The notes: a model not told the origin generated them from the letters alone. A stretch of DNA of 64,000 bases from an uncultured Granulosicoccaceae bacterium (GCA_964574535.1 CAZNOB010000002.1:28109-92108); one strand, 5' to 3'; shown: positions 9,300 to 19,762, counted from the stretch's first letter. Numbers and translations: made by a program.

Positions 9300-11560
9300 T
9301 TCGAAAGCTTGCCAACAGCCTGTTGCTGATGGGGGCGTTGTTTGCATTTTTAATTGCGGCGCTGTATTTCGTTGCAAATACTGGTGAACATCTGGATAGC
9401 TTTGGTCGATCCTATCAGTGGTGGATGTTTGGAACCGCGATTGCACTGACCATTATTGGTGTATTGATTATTGCCAGTGTGTGGCGGCTGTTTCTTGATC
9501 TACGCAATAATGTTTCCGGGTCAAGGCTGAGCCTGAAGCTGGTGGTAATTTTGGTTGTAATGGCATTACTGCCAATGACGCTGGTTTATTCTTTCTCTGT
9601 AAAATTTCTTCGGTCAAATATTGATAGCTGGTTTGATGTTGAGGTTGAACGCGCACTTGATGATGCGTTGGGATTAAGCCGCGACTCATTAGCGGTCTAT
9701 ATGCGCACCAGACAAAAAACTACCGTTGATATTGCAGAGCGACTTAGTGATATTCCTTCGGAACTGGCGGTGGTAGTGCTTAATGATATAGGGATTGATT
9801 CCGAAGCATCTGAGCTCACATTGATTGGTGCGAACAACCGGATTATTGCGACCACAGCGTTTATTGACACTGTCAGCGTATTTCCACAGCGACCAGCCGA
9901 CGATATAATTTCACGTGCCAGAAACGGCAGTGAGTACCTGAGTATCGACCCTGGTCAGGATGGTGATCTGCAGGTTAGATCTGTTGTGCCCGTATTTTCC
10001 AGTGACCCGATAAGAGGAATATCGGTACTCTATGCAACCTATCCGGTATCGCGAAATTCATCTAAGCTGGCGGCAAACGTACAGGAAAGTTTTCGTAATT
10101 ATCGGCAGTTGGCTTATCTGCGAACACCACTGAAACAAAGCTCTATAGCGACGTTAACGCTGGCCGTATTCCTGAGTCTGATGATGGCGGTCTGGGTAGC
10201 TTTTTATGCTGCCCGACGATTAATGGTGCCTGTGCATGATCTAGTAGAAGGCACAAGACTGGTTGCCACAGGCGATTACACCACGCGGTTGGTGAGTAGT
10301 GGCCGTGATGAGTTAGGCTATTTGGTGAATTCGTTTAACGACATGACAGATAAAATTGAAGCGGCACGTGCCAGTGCTGCAAGTAGTCAATTGCAGGCAG
10401 AAAACCAGCGGGCCTATCTGGAGTTAGTATTAAGCCGAATTTCAACCGGTGTGGTTACCCTTGATGAAAATAATCGCGTGGTGACTTGTAATTCCAGCGC
10501 CGAAAATATACTGCGTACCAGTGTGGAAGAATTACAAATGAGGGACGGCGATAAACTGGATGGTAACCCCTTTGTGCATCAGTTCTTTGAAGGCGTTGCT
10601 CCCATGTTGCAAGGCGGGCCTCCAGACTGGAGCCTTGAGCTTGAGTTGGTTTCAGAGCAGGGTCGAAAGCCAGTGATGTGTCGTGGTGCAACCATGCAAG
10701 CAACTGGTGAAGATCATGCGGGTCATGTGGTGGTGTTTGATGATATCAGTGATGTCGTTGAGGCTCAGCGCAATGCGGCATGGAGCGAGGTGGCACGGCG
10801 TTTGGCGCATGAAATAAAGAACCCGCTTACTCCTATTCAATTGTCAGCGGAAAGACTACAACACAAGTATGCAGCCAAATTACATGGCGATGATGCAAGT
10901 ACACTGAAAAAGTTGACAAACACCATCGTGCAGCAAGTGGAATCAATGAAATCAATGGTTAAAGCGTTTGCAGATTACGCAACCACACCTCAGGTTGATT
11001 TTACACAGACCAAACTCAATGATCTGATTTCAGAAACCAGCTGGCTGTATCGGGACGGGGATGATCGCGATGCGATCGCGTTAGAGCTTGATCAAACATT
11101 GCCCGAGATCTCCGGCGATCCGACTCGTATTCGGCAAGTTTTGCACAATGTGATTAAAAACGCCTTTGAGTCAGCTGATGGAAAGCATGATCGTAAATTA
11201 TTGATCAGTACATCGGTTAAAGATGCGGGCAACAACTCATTTGTTGAACTGGTGTTCGAGGACAATGGCCCCGGGTTTCCCGCCGGTTTGCTGGATCGAC
11301 TATTTGAACCCTATGTCACGACCAAGAAAAAAGGAACTGGATTGGGACTGGCTATTGTTAAAAAGATTGTGGAAGAGCATGGCGGTACGGTCCGCGCCGG
11401 AAACGGCGACAGCGAAACCGAATACAGCGGCGGCAGAATATCTATGTTATTTCCTATTGCGATACATCATGGTGCCACGCAAAGTGCCGCTGACGACACA
11501 ATCAACAAACCGCTACCTACTATTGAAAATCGCCAGGACATTCACGGAGATGCTGCATGA
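9284..11560 (+). CDS. NtrY-like sensor histidine kinase (TM-HAMP-PAS-HisKA-HATPase)
   Basis: 758 aa with N-terminal TM helices. The H-box is HEIKNPLTPIQLSAERL. The N-, G1- and G2-like boxes are VLHNVIKNAFES, EDNGPGF and GTGLGLAIVKKIVEEHGG. Confidence 0.9.
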   Translation: MVSELIRKLANSLLLMGALFAFLIAALYFVANTGEHLDSFGRSYQWWMFGTAIALTIIGVLIIASVWRLFLDLRNNVSGSRLSLKLVVILVVMALLPMTLVYSFSVKFLRSNIDSWFDVEVERALDDALGLSRDSLAVYMRTRQKTTVDIAERLSDIPSELAVVVLNDIGIDSEASELTLIGANNRIIATTAFIDTVSVFPQRPADDIISRARNGSEYLSIDPGQDGDLQVRSVVPVFSSDPIRGISVLYATYPVSRNSSKLAANVQESFRNYRQLAYLRTPLKQSSIATLTLAVFLSLMMAVWVAFYAARRLMVPVHDLVEGTRLVATGDYTTRLVSSGRDELGYLVNSFNDMTDKIEAARASAASSQLQAENQRAYLELVLSRISTGVVTLDENNRVVTCNSSAENILRTSVEELQMRDGDKLDGNPFVHQFFEGVAPMLQGGPPDWSLELELVSEQGRKPVMCRGATMQATGEDHAGHVVVFDDISDVVEAQRNAAWSEVARRLAHEIKNPLTPIQLSAERLQHKYAAKLHGDDASTLKKLTNTIVQQVESMKSMVKAFADYATTPQVDFTQTKLNDLISETSWLYRDGDDRDAIALELDQTLPEISGDPTRIRQVLHNVIKNAFESADGKHDRKLLISTSVKDAGNNSFVELVFEDNGPGFPAGLLDRLFEPYVTTKKKGTGLGLAIVKKIVEEHGGTVRAGNGDSETEYSGGRISMLFPIAIHHGATQSAADDTINKPLPTIENRQDIHGDAA

Positions 11561-12918
11561 GTCAGTCACTTATACTGGTTGTCGATGATGAGCCCGATAT
11601 CCGGGATTTAGTCAAAGAAATTCTGGAAGATGAGGGTTATGCAGTCGTTGTTGCCGAGGATGTCAAAACCGCACGAGAATCGGTGGCAGAACAACTTCCC
11701 GATCTTGTTTTACTGGATATCTGGATGCCCGATCAGGATGGTGTCAGCTTGCTTAAAGAGTGGCGTGATGCCGGGCAATTGAAATTTCCTGTCGTGATGA
11801 TATCTGGCCATGGCACGGTGGAGACTGCAGTAGAGGCGACTCGGTTGGGTGCTGTCGACTTTATTGAAAAACCACTATCACTGGCAAGGTTATTACTCAC
11901 CGTTGAAAAAGCCCTGAGCAGTTTTCCTGTTGACAACGGTATCGGGGCAGCCGCCAGGACGAAGCCTTTAACACCCATAATTGGCAGTAGTGACTATAGC
12001 CGTGAGTTGATTGCAACTATAGAAAAAACGGCGTCAAAAAGTGACGGCGGGATAGTGATCGAGGGTGAACGCGCTACGGGTAAAAAATTAATTGCACGCC
12101 ATATTCACCAGGCCAGTTCACGGTCGTCACATCCGTTTGTGTCGCTTCGTTGTGACAGCCTCTCCGATGCGAACTCTGCACGTGAGCTGCTTGGCAATAA
12201 CAATAGTGCCGGATATTTTGAATCTGCGGGTGCGGGCACGCTATGTCTGATTGATCTTGAAGAATTGCCGGCGAGCGCGCAGACACTCTTGTTTGAAGCA
12301 TTGGATCGGGGTTCAGCAATTCGATCTGATGGCGCGATGGTACCGTTTAAAGCCAGAATTATTGCTTGCACAACTTCCGATATGCAGATGGCCCTGTCAC
12401 AGGGGGAATTCAATGAAGTACTCTACTACCGTCTGGCAGAACTTTCGATAAAAACGCAGCCTCTGCGGGACCATCCCGAAGATGTACCTGCTTTATTATC
12501 GTTCTATGTTGATCAACTGGTCGAAGAGGAAGGCCTGCCTTATCGTCATTTTAGTGTGGCGGCTCAAAACAGACTACGCAATATGGAATGGCCGGGAAAT
12601 ATCCTGGAGCTGATTAATTTTGTACAGCGACTGCTTATTGTTGGCAGTGCGGTAGAGATCGAGCCCTCGGAAGTAGAATTGCTGGAAGGTTCGGATCGAG
12701 CCAGAAATGATCAGGTCCCCGGAGACACCATGCGATTACCATTGGATATGCCATTGCGTGAAGCGCGCACAGAGTTTGAACGGCTTTATTTGCAACGTCA
12801 GCTCGACAGTGTGGATGGCAATATAGTTGAGCTGGCCAGAGTGGTTGGTATGGAGCGTACGCATTTGTATCGGAAATTACGTAGTGTGGGTATTCAGGCG
12901 GGCCGCAAACGTGGTTAG
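11557..12918 (+). CDS. NtrX-like response regulator (REC, degenerate AAA+ domain, Fis-type HTH)
   Basis: 453 aa. The start overlaps the kinase stop (ATGA). The REC domain reads ILVVDDEPDIR...DLVLLDIWMPD. The AAA+ core reads GERATGKK / GTLCLIDLEEL and the GAFTGA loop is absent. The C-terminus has ELARVVGMERTHLYRKL. Confidence 0.85.
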   Translation: MSQSLILVVDDEPDIRDLVKEILEDEGYAVVVAEDVKTARESVAEQLPDLVLLDIWMPDQDGVSLLKEWRDAGQLKFPVVMISGHGTVETAVEATRLGAVDFIEKPLSLARLLLTVEKALSSFPVDNGIGAAARTKPLTPIIGSSDYSRELIATIEKTASKSDGGIVIEGERATGKKLIARHIHQASSRSSHPFVSLRCDSLSDANSARELLGNNNSAGYFESAGAGTLCLIDLEELPASAQTLLFEALDRGSAIRSDGAMVPFKARIIACTTSDMQMALSQGEFNEVLYYRLAELSIKTQPLRDHPEDVPALLSFYVDQLVEEEGLPYRHFSVAAQNRLRNMEWPGNILELINFVQRLLIVGSAVEIEPSEVELLEGSDRARNDQVPGDTMRLPLDMPLREARTEFERLYLQRQLDSVDGNIVELARVVGMERTHLYRKLRSVGIQAGRKRG

Positions 12919-12999
12919 TCCGTTCGTCGTTACCATTGACTGGCGCCTGGCAGTGGGCGTGTGTTGGCAGTCCGCTTTTTATTGCTACAGGAAGAACTG

Positions 13000-14373
13000 T
13001 TGAAAATTATTGTGTTGGGTGCGGGGCAGGTGGGTTCAACGGTTGCACAAAACCTGGCCAGTGAAAACAACGATGTGACTGTTGTTGATTTGAATATGAA
13101 TACTTTGCAGGAACTGCAAAACCGTCTTGATTTGAGTACGGTTTATGGGCATGCCGCCTATCCGGAAGTGTTGCGACAGGCTGGTGCTGAAGACGCAGAT
13201 ATGATTATCGCGGCAACTAACAGCGATGAGACAAATATGATCGCTTGTCAGATAGCCTACACGCTGTTCCAAACGACCAGCCGTATAGCGCGTGTACGTT
13301 CTCAGGGTTACCTGGTTGAGAAAGATGCGTTGTTTAAGAAAAAGCATATCCCGATTGATGTATTAATCAGCCCGGAACGTTTGGTCACGGATCATATTGA
13401 ACGCATCATTGAACACCCTGGTGCTTTGCAAGTGGTCGATTTTGCCGATGGCCGGGTGCGGCTTGTTGGTGTGTTTGCGGAAGAAGCTGCACCAATGACA
13501 GGGCACGGACCTGATCACTTACAAACATTGCTTCCTGAAATCGAAGCGTGCTTCGCAACGGTCTATCGGGATAACGATCCCATTGTACTGAGTGAACTGG
13601 ACACTATTCAGAAAGGTGATATCGTTTTTTATATAGCAGCGGCTCAACATACGGTCACCATCATGGAGCAATTTCACGCACCGGAAAAGCGCTCTAAACA
13701 TGTCATGATTGCCGGTGGTGGAAATATCGGCATGGCTTTGGCTCAGCGGCTGGAGTCACGTTATAGCGTCAAAGTGATTGAAAAAAATCGCCAGCGTGCA
13801 GAAGTACTTGCTGAAACTTTGAATAGCTCGACAGTGCTATGTGGTGATGTTGCAGATCAGGAATTATTACTGGAAGAAAACATCAGTTCGATGGGACTTT
13901 TTTGTGCACTAACAAATGACGATGAAGCGAATATTCTGTCTGCAATGGTGGCGCGTAAAATGGGTGCCCGTAAGGTTATGTCACTGATTAACCGTCCCGC
14001 TTATGTCGATTTGGTCGAACGCGGATTTATTGATGTGGCGATTTCACCGCACAATGTCACCATTGGGGCACTGCTTCGCCATGTAAGGCGCGGGGATGTG
14101 GTTGCTGTGCATTCATTGAGACGGGGCTTGGCAGAAGCGCTGGAAGCAATAGCCCATGGCGATGAATCAACGTCAGAGGTGGTTGGAAAATCGATATCTG
14201 ATCTGGCACTGGACGATCAAACTATAATTGGTGCGATTGTTCGCAATGGCGAGGTGTTGATTGCTCGAGATGATCTGGTTATCGAGGCAGAGGATCATGT
14301 CATTATTCTGGTATTGGATAAAAAACGTATTAATGAGGTAGAAAATCTGTTCCAGGTGGGAGTCACTTACTAG
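13000..14373 (+). CDS. trkA: Trk potassium uptake system NAD-binding protein TrkA
   Basis: A TTG at 13000 preceded by AGGAAG gives (M)KIIVLGAGQVG, the Rossmann motif. A second Rossmann motif, VMIAGGGNIGMALA, follows. Length from the TTG is about 457 aa. The upstream 13 codons of the ORF are probably not translated. Confidence 0.92.
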   Translation: MKIIVLGAGQVGSTVAQNLASENNDVTVVDLNMNTLQELQNRLDLSTVYGHAAYPEVLRQAGAEDADMIIAATNSDETNMIACQIAYTLFQTTSRIARVRSQGYLVEKDALFKKKHIPIDVLISPERLVTDHIERIIEHPGALQVVDFADGRVRLVGVFAEEAAPMTGHGPDHLQTLLPEIEACFATVYRDNDPIVLSELDTIQKGDIVFYIAAAQHTVTIMEQFHAPEKRSKHVMIAGGGNIGMALAQRLESRYSVKVIEKNRQRAEVLAETLNSSTVLCGDVADQELLLEENISSMGLFCALTNDDEANILSAMVARKMGARKVMSLINRPAYVDLVERGFIDVAISPHNVTIGALLRHVRRGDVVAVHSLRRGLAEALEAIAHGDESTSEVVGKSISDLALDDQTIIGAIVRNGEVLIARDDLVIEAEDHVIILVLDKKRINEVENLFQVGVTY

Positions 14374-14641
14374 GTGGCTGTCCGAAAATGAATGATCTAC
14401 TGCAGAAGCGATATTTTGGCCAGCTCTTTGGATCAATTTCGTATTACGAAGAACAACTATTTTCCTCAATTGATCAAAATCTCTTTCCCTCGCTATGATT
14501 TCCATTATCGGTCAACCAGCTGATGTACCGGAACAAAAAAACTGCACACATGAGTCGATTGATCAAAGTGTCTGATTTCTCTATAAACGAATCTCTCCCG
14601 GGAATCGCTTTGTTGCATACTAAAAACAGGGATGTCAGCTG

Positions 14642-16090
14642 ATGCAGTTCCTGGTGGTTGTGCGCGTGCTGGGATTATTGGTGGCTATTTTCAGCACAAC
14701 CATGTTAATCCCCGGCCTGGTATCACTCGCGTATGGGGATGGATCACACTGGTCCTTTTTCATTGGCTTTGTGGTCACACTATTGTTAGGTGCTTTGGCC
14801 TACCTGCCGCTGCGCGATTATAATCGGCCACTAAAACTTCGCGATGGTTTTGTCATCGTGGTGATGTTCTGGACAGTATTGGGGTTGTTTGGTGCTATCC
14901 CGCTATACATAGATGAAAAGCTGAATCTGACCATCGCGCAAAGTGTTTTTGAGTCGTTATCCGGATTTACGACAACGGGTGCAACCGTCATTGTTGGTCT
15001 GGATGCTCTACCACAGGGGATTTTACTTTATAGGCAGCTGGTTCAATGGCTGGGGGGTATGGGTATTATTGTTCTGGCAGTGGCCATATTACCGTTGCTT
15101 GGTATTGGCGGGGGGATGCAGTTGTTTCGTGCTGAAACACCCGGCCCGCAAAAGGAAAAAATGACCCCGCGTGTTGCCGATACAGCCAAGCGCCTGTGGT
15201 ACATCTATCTGGGATTAACCGTTGCTTGTGGTCTGGCTTACTGGGCTGCCGGTATGCCTTTATTTGATGCGATCGGACATAGTTTTTCAACGGTAGCCAT
15301 TGGCGGGTTTTCGACCCACGATGCCAGTATCGGTTACTACCAAAGTACCGCAATAGAGATGATCGCAGTGGTGTTTATGTTGATCTCTGGAATCAACTTC
15401 GCGCTTCACTATCTGGCTTTTCGGTCGAAATCCCTCCGCAGTTACGGTGAAGATTCAGAGTTTAAGTGTTATGTCTCGCTGCTGATATTACTTAGTATCA
15501 TCACTGTAGGTTATCTGTACTTAACACAGACAGTCGGCTTCAATAAATCGTTTTTTGACGGTATTTTTCAGGTGGTCTCCATTGCCACAACCACCGGCTT
15601 CACCACCGCCGAGTATTTTAACTGGCCTGGCTTTTTACCGGTGTTGTTGTTGTTTGCAAGTTTTGTTGGAGGCTGTGCCGGTTCCACCGGTGGTGGCATG
15701 AAAGTCATTCGGGTGTTGTTATTGTTAAAACAGGGTCTGCGGGAACTGGCCAGAATGGTACACCCACATGCAGTGTTGCCTGTTAAGGTAGGTCAAAAAA
15801 CCATACCGCCCAGGGTGATTGATGCCGTATGGGGTTTTTTCGCTACCTATGTACTAGTATTAGCACTGATGTTGCTGGCTTTAATGGCAACCGGTCTTGA
15901 TCAGGAAACCGCTTTCTCTGCTGTAGTGGCCTGTTTAAATAATCTGGGACCGGGGCTTGGCGAAGTTGGCGCAAACTACAGTTCACTAAATGGGGTTCAG
16001 CTAAGCATTTTATGTGTCGCAATGCTGCTGGGGCGTCTCGAGCTATTTACCCTTCTGGTATTGCTAACTCCCGGGTTTTGGCGAAAATAA
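14642..16090 (+). CDS. trkH: Trk system potassium transporter TrkH
   Basis: 482 aa, polytopic membrane protein. Contains repeated selectivity-filter-like motifs TTTGAT, GGFSTHD, TTTGFT and GGCAGSTGGGMK. Confidence 0.92.
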   Translation: MQFLVVVRVLGLLVAIFSTTMLIPGLVSLAYGDGSHWSFFIGFVVTLLLGALAYLPLRDYNRPLKLRDGFVIVVMFWTVLGLFGAIPLYIDEKLNLTIAQSVFESLSGFTTTGATVIVGLDALPQGILLYRQLVQWLGGMGIIVLAVAILPLLGIGGGMQLFRAETPGPQKEKMTPRVADTAKRLWYIYLGLTVACGLAYWAAGMPLFDAIGHSFSTVAIGGFSTHDASIGYYQSTAIEMIAVVFMLISGINFALHYLAFRSKSLRSYGEDSEFKCYVSLLILLSIITVGYLYLTQTVGFNKSFFDGIFQVVSIATTTGFTTAEYFNWPGFLPVLLLFASFVGGCAGSTGGGMKVIRVLLLLKQGLRELARMVHPHAVLPVKVGQKTIPPRVIDAVWGFFATYVLVLALMLLALMATGLDQETAFSAVVACLNNLGPGLGEVGANYSSLNGVQLSILCVAMLLGRLELFTLLVLLTPGFWRK

Positions 16091-16093
16091 AGT

Positions 16094-16699
16094 ATGGATA
16101 ATTCAGACCAGTCACAACGCGAAAAATGGGATCGCATCTATCGCGGTTCGTCTGTTGACTTTCCTCGACCCAGCAAAGTGCTTGACGACTATGGCTATTT
16201 GTTACCGACATCAGGCAATGCGCTTGATATAGCCTGTGGTCTTGGGGGTAATGCCTTGTTACTCGCCGCAGTGGGTCTAAACACCACTGCAATAGATATT
16301 TCTGAAGTTGCAATAGACAAGCTTCTGGGCTATGCAGAGCGAGCAAACCTTGATGTGCATGGTGTGGTAGCGTCTGCCAGTGATTACTATTTTGCTTCGG
16401 TCGAATCTTATCAGGGTAACTTTGATGTGATTACTGTGGCCAATTATCTTGATAGAAACCTGTTCGGCGCTATTGCTGATTTGCTGGCACCGGGCGGATT
16501 GTTGTTTTACCAGACCTTTGTGCGGGATAAGTCTGACCTTGATTCCGGCCCGCAAAATCCGCAGTACCTACTGAATACCAACGAGCTATTGTCGCTGACA
16601 GCGCCACTGGTTTGCCGGGTATTTCTTGATTTAGGCAGTGTCGGGGAGACTGATTCCGGTTTACGAAACCAGTCGTGCATTGTTGTTCAAAAGGTGTAG
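16094..16699 (+). CDS. class I SAM-dependent methyltransferase
   Basis: 201 aa. Motif I is ALDIACGLGGNALLLA. The downstream acidic motif is AIDIS, and LAPGGLLFY follows. Confidence 0.75.
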   Translation: MDNSDQSQREKWDRIYRGSSVDFPRPSKVLDDYGYLLPTSGNALDIACGLGGNALLLAAVGLNTTAIDISEVAIDKLLGYAERANLDVHGVVASASDYYFASVESYQGNFDVITVANYLDRNLFGAIADLLAPGGLLFYQTFVRDKSDLDSGPQNPQYLLNTNELLSLTAPLVCRVFLDLGSVGETDSGLRNQSCIVVQKV

Positions 16700-16705
16700 T
16701 TGTTT

Positions 16706-17023
16706 ATGTCTAAAATTGACACCTTCAAAGCGATGCTTGAAAAAGGCCAGGATAACGCTTTACTTCGCTACTCACTTGGCAGTGCATATTTTGCAGAGCA
16801 GCAATTTCAACTGGCGGCAGTGCACCTGGACGCTGCGGTTCAGCAGGATGAAGGCTTTAGTGCGGCCTGGAAACTACTGGGTAGAAGCTATTCTGAAGAC
16901 GGCGATTATCCGAGAGCGATTGCCGCTCTTGAGCGCGGCATCGAGGTTGCGCTGGAGAAGGGCGATAAACAGGCAGAGAAAGAAATGACAGTTTTTCTGC
17001 GGCGTGCAAAGAAGAACGCCTGA
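16706..17023 (+). CDS. small tetratricopeptide-repeat protein
   Basis: About 105 aa (MSKIDTFKAMLEKGQDNALLRYSLGSAYF...AWKLLGRSY) with a TPR-like A/G/Y spacing pattern. The ATG at 16706 is preferred over the TTG at 16700. Confidence 0.6.
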   Translation: MSKIDTFKAMLEKGQDNALLRYSLGSAYFAEQQFQLAAVHLDAAVQQDEGFSAAWKLLGRSYSEDGDYPRAIAALERGIEVALEKGDKQAEKEMTVFLRRAKKNA

Positions 17024-17042
17024 TTTTACTAATGTTACCTGG

Positions 17043-18086
17043 TCAGTTGTTTGGAAATGCCACCAAATGATCAATACGCAGCCGCACCCCAATCTTTTCT
17101 CCCAGTTTGTGGTCATGATGGCTTGGAGCCAAACACATCACATTGGTGCCACCCGGCATTCGTAAAGTGTAAAGGTGGTCTGCACCGCGAAAACTTTTCT
17201 TCAGGACTGTACCGCGATACGTGCTGTAGTCGTCGTGGAGAATATCGTCCGGACGCACCAGCAGATCAACTTCTACACCGCCGGGCAGATCTGTGGCTAA
17301 CTCGCCTTTGACATCGCCCAGTTCCGTTTGAACGGTATTATCGTCGATGATCTTTCCACAAATAAAAACACCTTCTCCAACAAAATCTGCAACGAAGCGA
17401 TCGATGGGTGTGTGATACAGATTATAGGCTGAATCCCATTGGGCCAGGCGGCCGTCGTTAAGCACACCGATGATATCGGCAATCGCGAATGCTTCGTTTT
17501 GATCATGTGTCACCATTAATGCGGTGACATTGTCTTCCTTTAAAATATCGCGGACCTCCTGGACCAGCTGCACCCGAAGTTCCGTGTCCTGGCTGCTGAA
17601 TGGCTCGTCCAGCAGTATCAAATCCGGGCGCGGTGCCATCGCTCGCATCAAGGCGACTCTTTGCTGCTGTCCGCCCGAGAGTTCATGAGGATACTGCCCT
17701 TTCAATGAACGCATGTTCACAATGCTGAGCAATTCGTCGATGCGCTTGTTTTTATCGCGCCGATTGAGTCTCCGGAGCCCGAATGCAATATTATCGGCCA
17801 CGCTTAAATGCGGAAATAAGGCCAGATCCTGAAACATCATACCGATGTGGCGGTTTTCCGCAGCCACCGCGTGAGAGCAGTCGTCGACGGTTTCGCCACG
17901 CATTGTGATACGACCCTGGCAAATGGGCTGAAACCCGGCTATTGCGCGCAGCAGCGTCGTTTTGCCAGAGCCGCTTGGACCCAGTAGACAACCGATCTGA
18001 CCGTTTTCAAGCGTGAAGCTGACATCGTGGACAATGGGTGTCCGTTCAATATTGATGCTGACCTGATTGAGTTCAAATTGATTCAA
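17043..18086 (-). CDS. ABC transporter ATP-binding protein (FbpC/PotA-type importer ATPase), orphan
   Basis: 347 aa. Walker A is GPSGSGKTTLLR, the signature is LSGGQQQRVALMRA and Walker B is LILLDEPFS. There is a C-terminal TOBE-like domain. The start is TTG, and no permease or binding-protein gene is adjacent. Confidence 0.85.
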   Translation of the reverse strand: MNQFELNQVSINIERTPIVHDVSFTLENGQIGCLLGPSGSGKTTLLRAIAGFQPICQGRITMRGETVDDCSHAVAAENRHIGMMFQDLALFPHLSVADNIAFGLRRLNRRDKNKRIDELLSIVNMRSLKGQYPHELSGGQQQRVALMRAMAPRPDLILLDEPFSSQDTELRVQLVQEVRDILKEDNVTALMVTHDQNEAFAIADIIGVLNDGRLAQWDSAYNLYHTPIDRFVADFVGEGVFICGKIIDDNTVQTELGDVKGELATDLPGGVEVDLLVRPDDILHDDYSTYRGTVLKKSFRGADHLYTLRMPGGTNVMCLAPSHHDHKLGEKIGVRLRIDHLVAFPNN

Positions 18087-18588
18087 GGATATGTCCGTCT
18101 GGCTGGTTTCAAGCGGTTTGTATTCTTGTTGTTTGGGAATGTGCTTAAACTCGCGGAACGGTATTGTAACTATAAAATCAAGGAAGAATCAGCTTTGCGT
18201 GTCTAATGTCGACAACTGTCAGATAAAACTGAAAATCACGTCTGGTCATTGCCACTATCGCTGCTACCGCCAGGCAGAGTGCATGCTGAACCAGCCAGTG
18301 AGGCGGCTTCCAGATTGGTACTAGAAGCGCTGATCGGGTGGTATCGCTAATATTAAGTTTATGGTTCAATACCTCGTCCCGCTGTGTTGCAGCGAAAACC
18401 GGATTTACCTGAGCTCGGCGGTGATAAACATGCCCTGTAGCGCTGGACAAATCGGTTTTCTGTCAACTCCGGGTGCACAAACACTCACTGGTGGCTATCT
18501 TTATCTTCAGGGTTGGGTGGGTCGGACAATTATATTCAACTGATGACAGACCTGCAGGTTTGCACTACAAGTTTCCAGGAACAACTTT

Positions 18589-19512
18589 ATGTCAATGTCA
18601 GATAGAGATGGTGTGATTTGGCTCGATGGAGAATTAGTCCCGTGGCGAGAAGCCAAGGTCCACGTGCTGACGCATACCCTGCACTATGGCATGGGTGTGT
18701 TTGAGGGCGTTCGCGCCTATGAAACAGAACGAGGGCCAGCGATCTTCAAGCTGCAGGAACACACGCGTCGATTGTTTAACTCGGCCAAGATCCTGCGTAT
18801 GAATATTCCCTGGGACCACGACACTTTGTGTGATGTTCAAAAAACGGTGGTCAGCGAAAATGGTCTGGACTCTGCTTACCTGCGGCCGATGTGTTTCTAT
18901 GGCAGCGAAGGAATGGGTCTGCGAGCGGATAACTTATCTGTTCATTGTATGGTCGCAGCCTGGGAGTGGGGTGCCTATTTGGGCAAAGAAAACATGGAAC
19001 GCGGTATTCGCATCAAGACCTCGTCGTTCACTCGTCATCATGTGAATATTTCCATGTGCAAGGCCAAAGCCAACGGTCAGTATATGAATTCTATGCTGGC
19101 TTTGCAGGAAGCACTTCAGGATGGTTATGACGAAGCGCTGTTGCTTGATACGGAAGGTTATGTGGCAGAAGGCTCTGGTGAGAATTTTTTTATTGTTCGT
19201 GATGGTAAAATCTATACACCCGATCTTACCTCGGCGCTGGATGGTATTACCCGGCAGACGGTGCTTTCTCTGGCCGAAGAAATTGACGTGCCTATTATAG
19301 AAAAGCGAATTACCCGTGATGAGGTTTATATTTCCGACGAAGCGTTTTTTAGTGGCACCGCCGCTGAGATAACCCCGATTAGAGAAGTTGATAACCGTGA
19401 TGTGGGTGACGGGAAGCGCGGACCAATTACAGAAAAACTACAGTCAATGTTTTTTGATGCGGTGCAGGGCAAGTCACCTGAACATGAAAAATGGCTGACC
19501 TACTTAAAGTAA
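18589..19512 (+). CDS. ilvE: branched-chain amino acid aminotransferase
   Basis: 307 aa, fold-type IV aminotransferase (VHVLTHTLHYGMGVFEGVRAY, EGSGENFF, GITR). The length matches IlvE. Confidence 0.9.
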   Translation: MSMSDRDGVIWLDGELVPWREAKVHVLTHTLHYGMGVFEGVRAYETERGPAIFKLQEHTRRLFNSAKILRMNIPWDHDTLCDVQKTVVSENGLDSAYLRPMCFYGSEGMGLRADNLSVHCMVAAWEWGAYLGKENMERGIRIKTSSFTRHHVNISMCKAKANGQYMNSMLALQEALQDGYDEALLLDTEGYVAEGSGENFFIVRDGKIYTPDLTSALDGITRQTVLSLAEEIDVPIIEKRITRDEVYISDEAFFSGTAAEITPIREVDNRDVGDGKRGPITEKLQSMFFDAVQGKSPEHEKWLTYLK

Positions 19513-19533
19513 AAATAGCGAGTGTAAATTCAG

Positions 19534-19731
19534 ATGAACGATAATACTAACGCAAAGTCACCGGATAAAAACCAGGTGATCAAAGTCGGCAGAAACGAGT
19601 TGCCTGTCTATTGTCCCACTGAAGCAATGGGGCTATGGAATTCCCATCCGCGTGTATTTATCCCATTGGAGGAGAGCCCGGAGGCGAGCTGTCCATATTG
19701 CGGTAACCGATTTGAACTGAGTGATGATTAA
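19534..19731 (+). CDS. zinc-finger (CHCC-type) domain protein
   Basis: 65 aa with VYCPTE...ASCPYCGNRF, a Cys pair spacing typical of zf-CHCC small proteins. Confidence 0.6.
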   Translation: MNDNTNAKSPDKNQVIKVGRNELPVYCPTEAMGLWNSHPRVFIPLEESPEASCPYCGNRFELSDD

Positions 19732-19762
19732 CGCATCGACTGAGCGTAAAATCGGTGGTCAT

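Noticed and set aside
14374-14641. 268-bp trkA-trkH spacer with a 36-codon ORF (MNDLLQKRYFGQLFG…)
   Set aside because: It has no RBS and no recognisable family, and it is very short. I treated it as intergenic.
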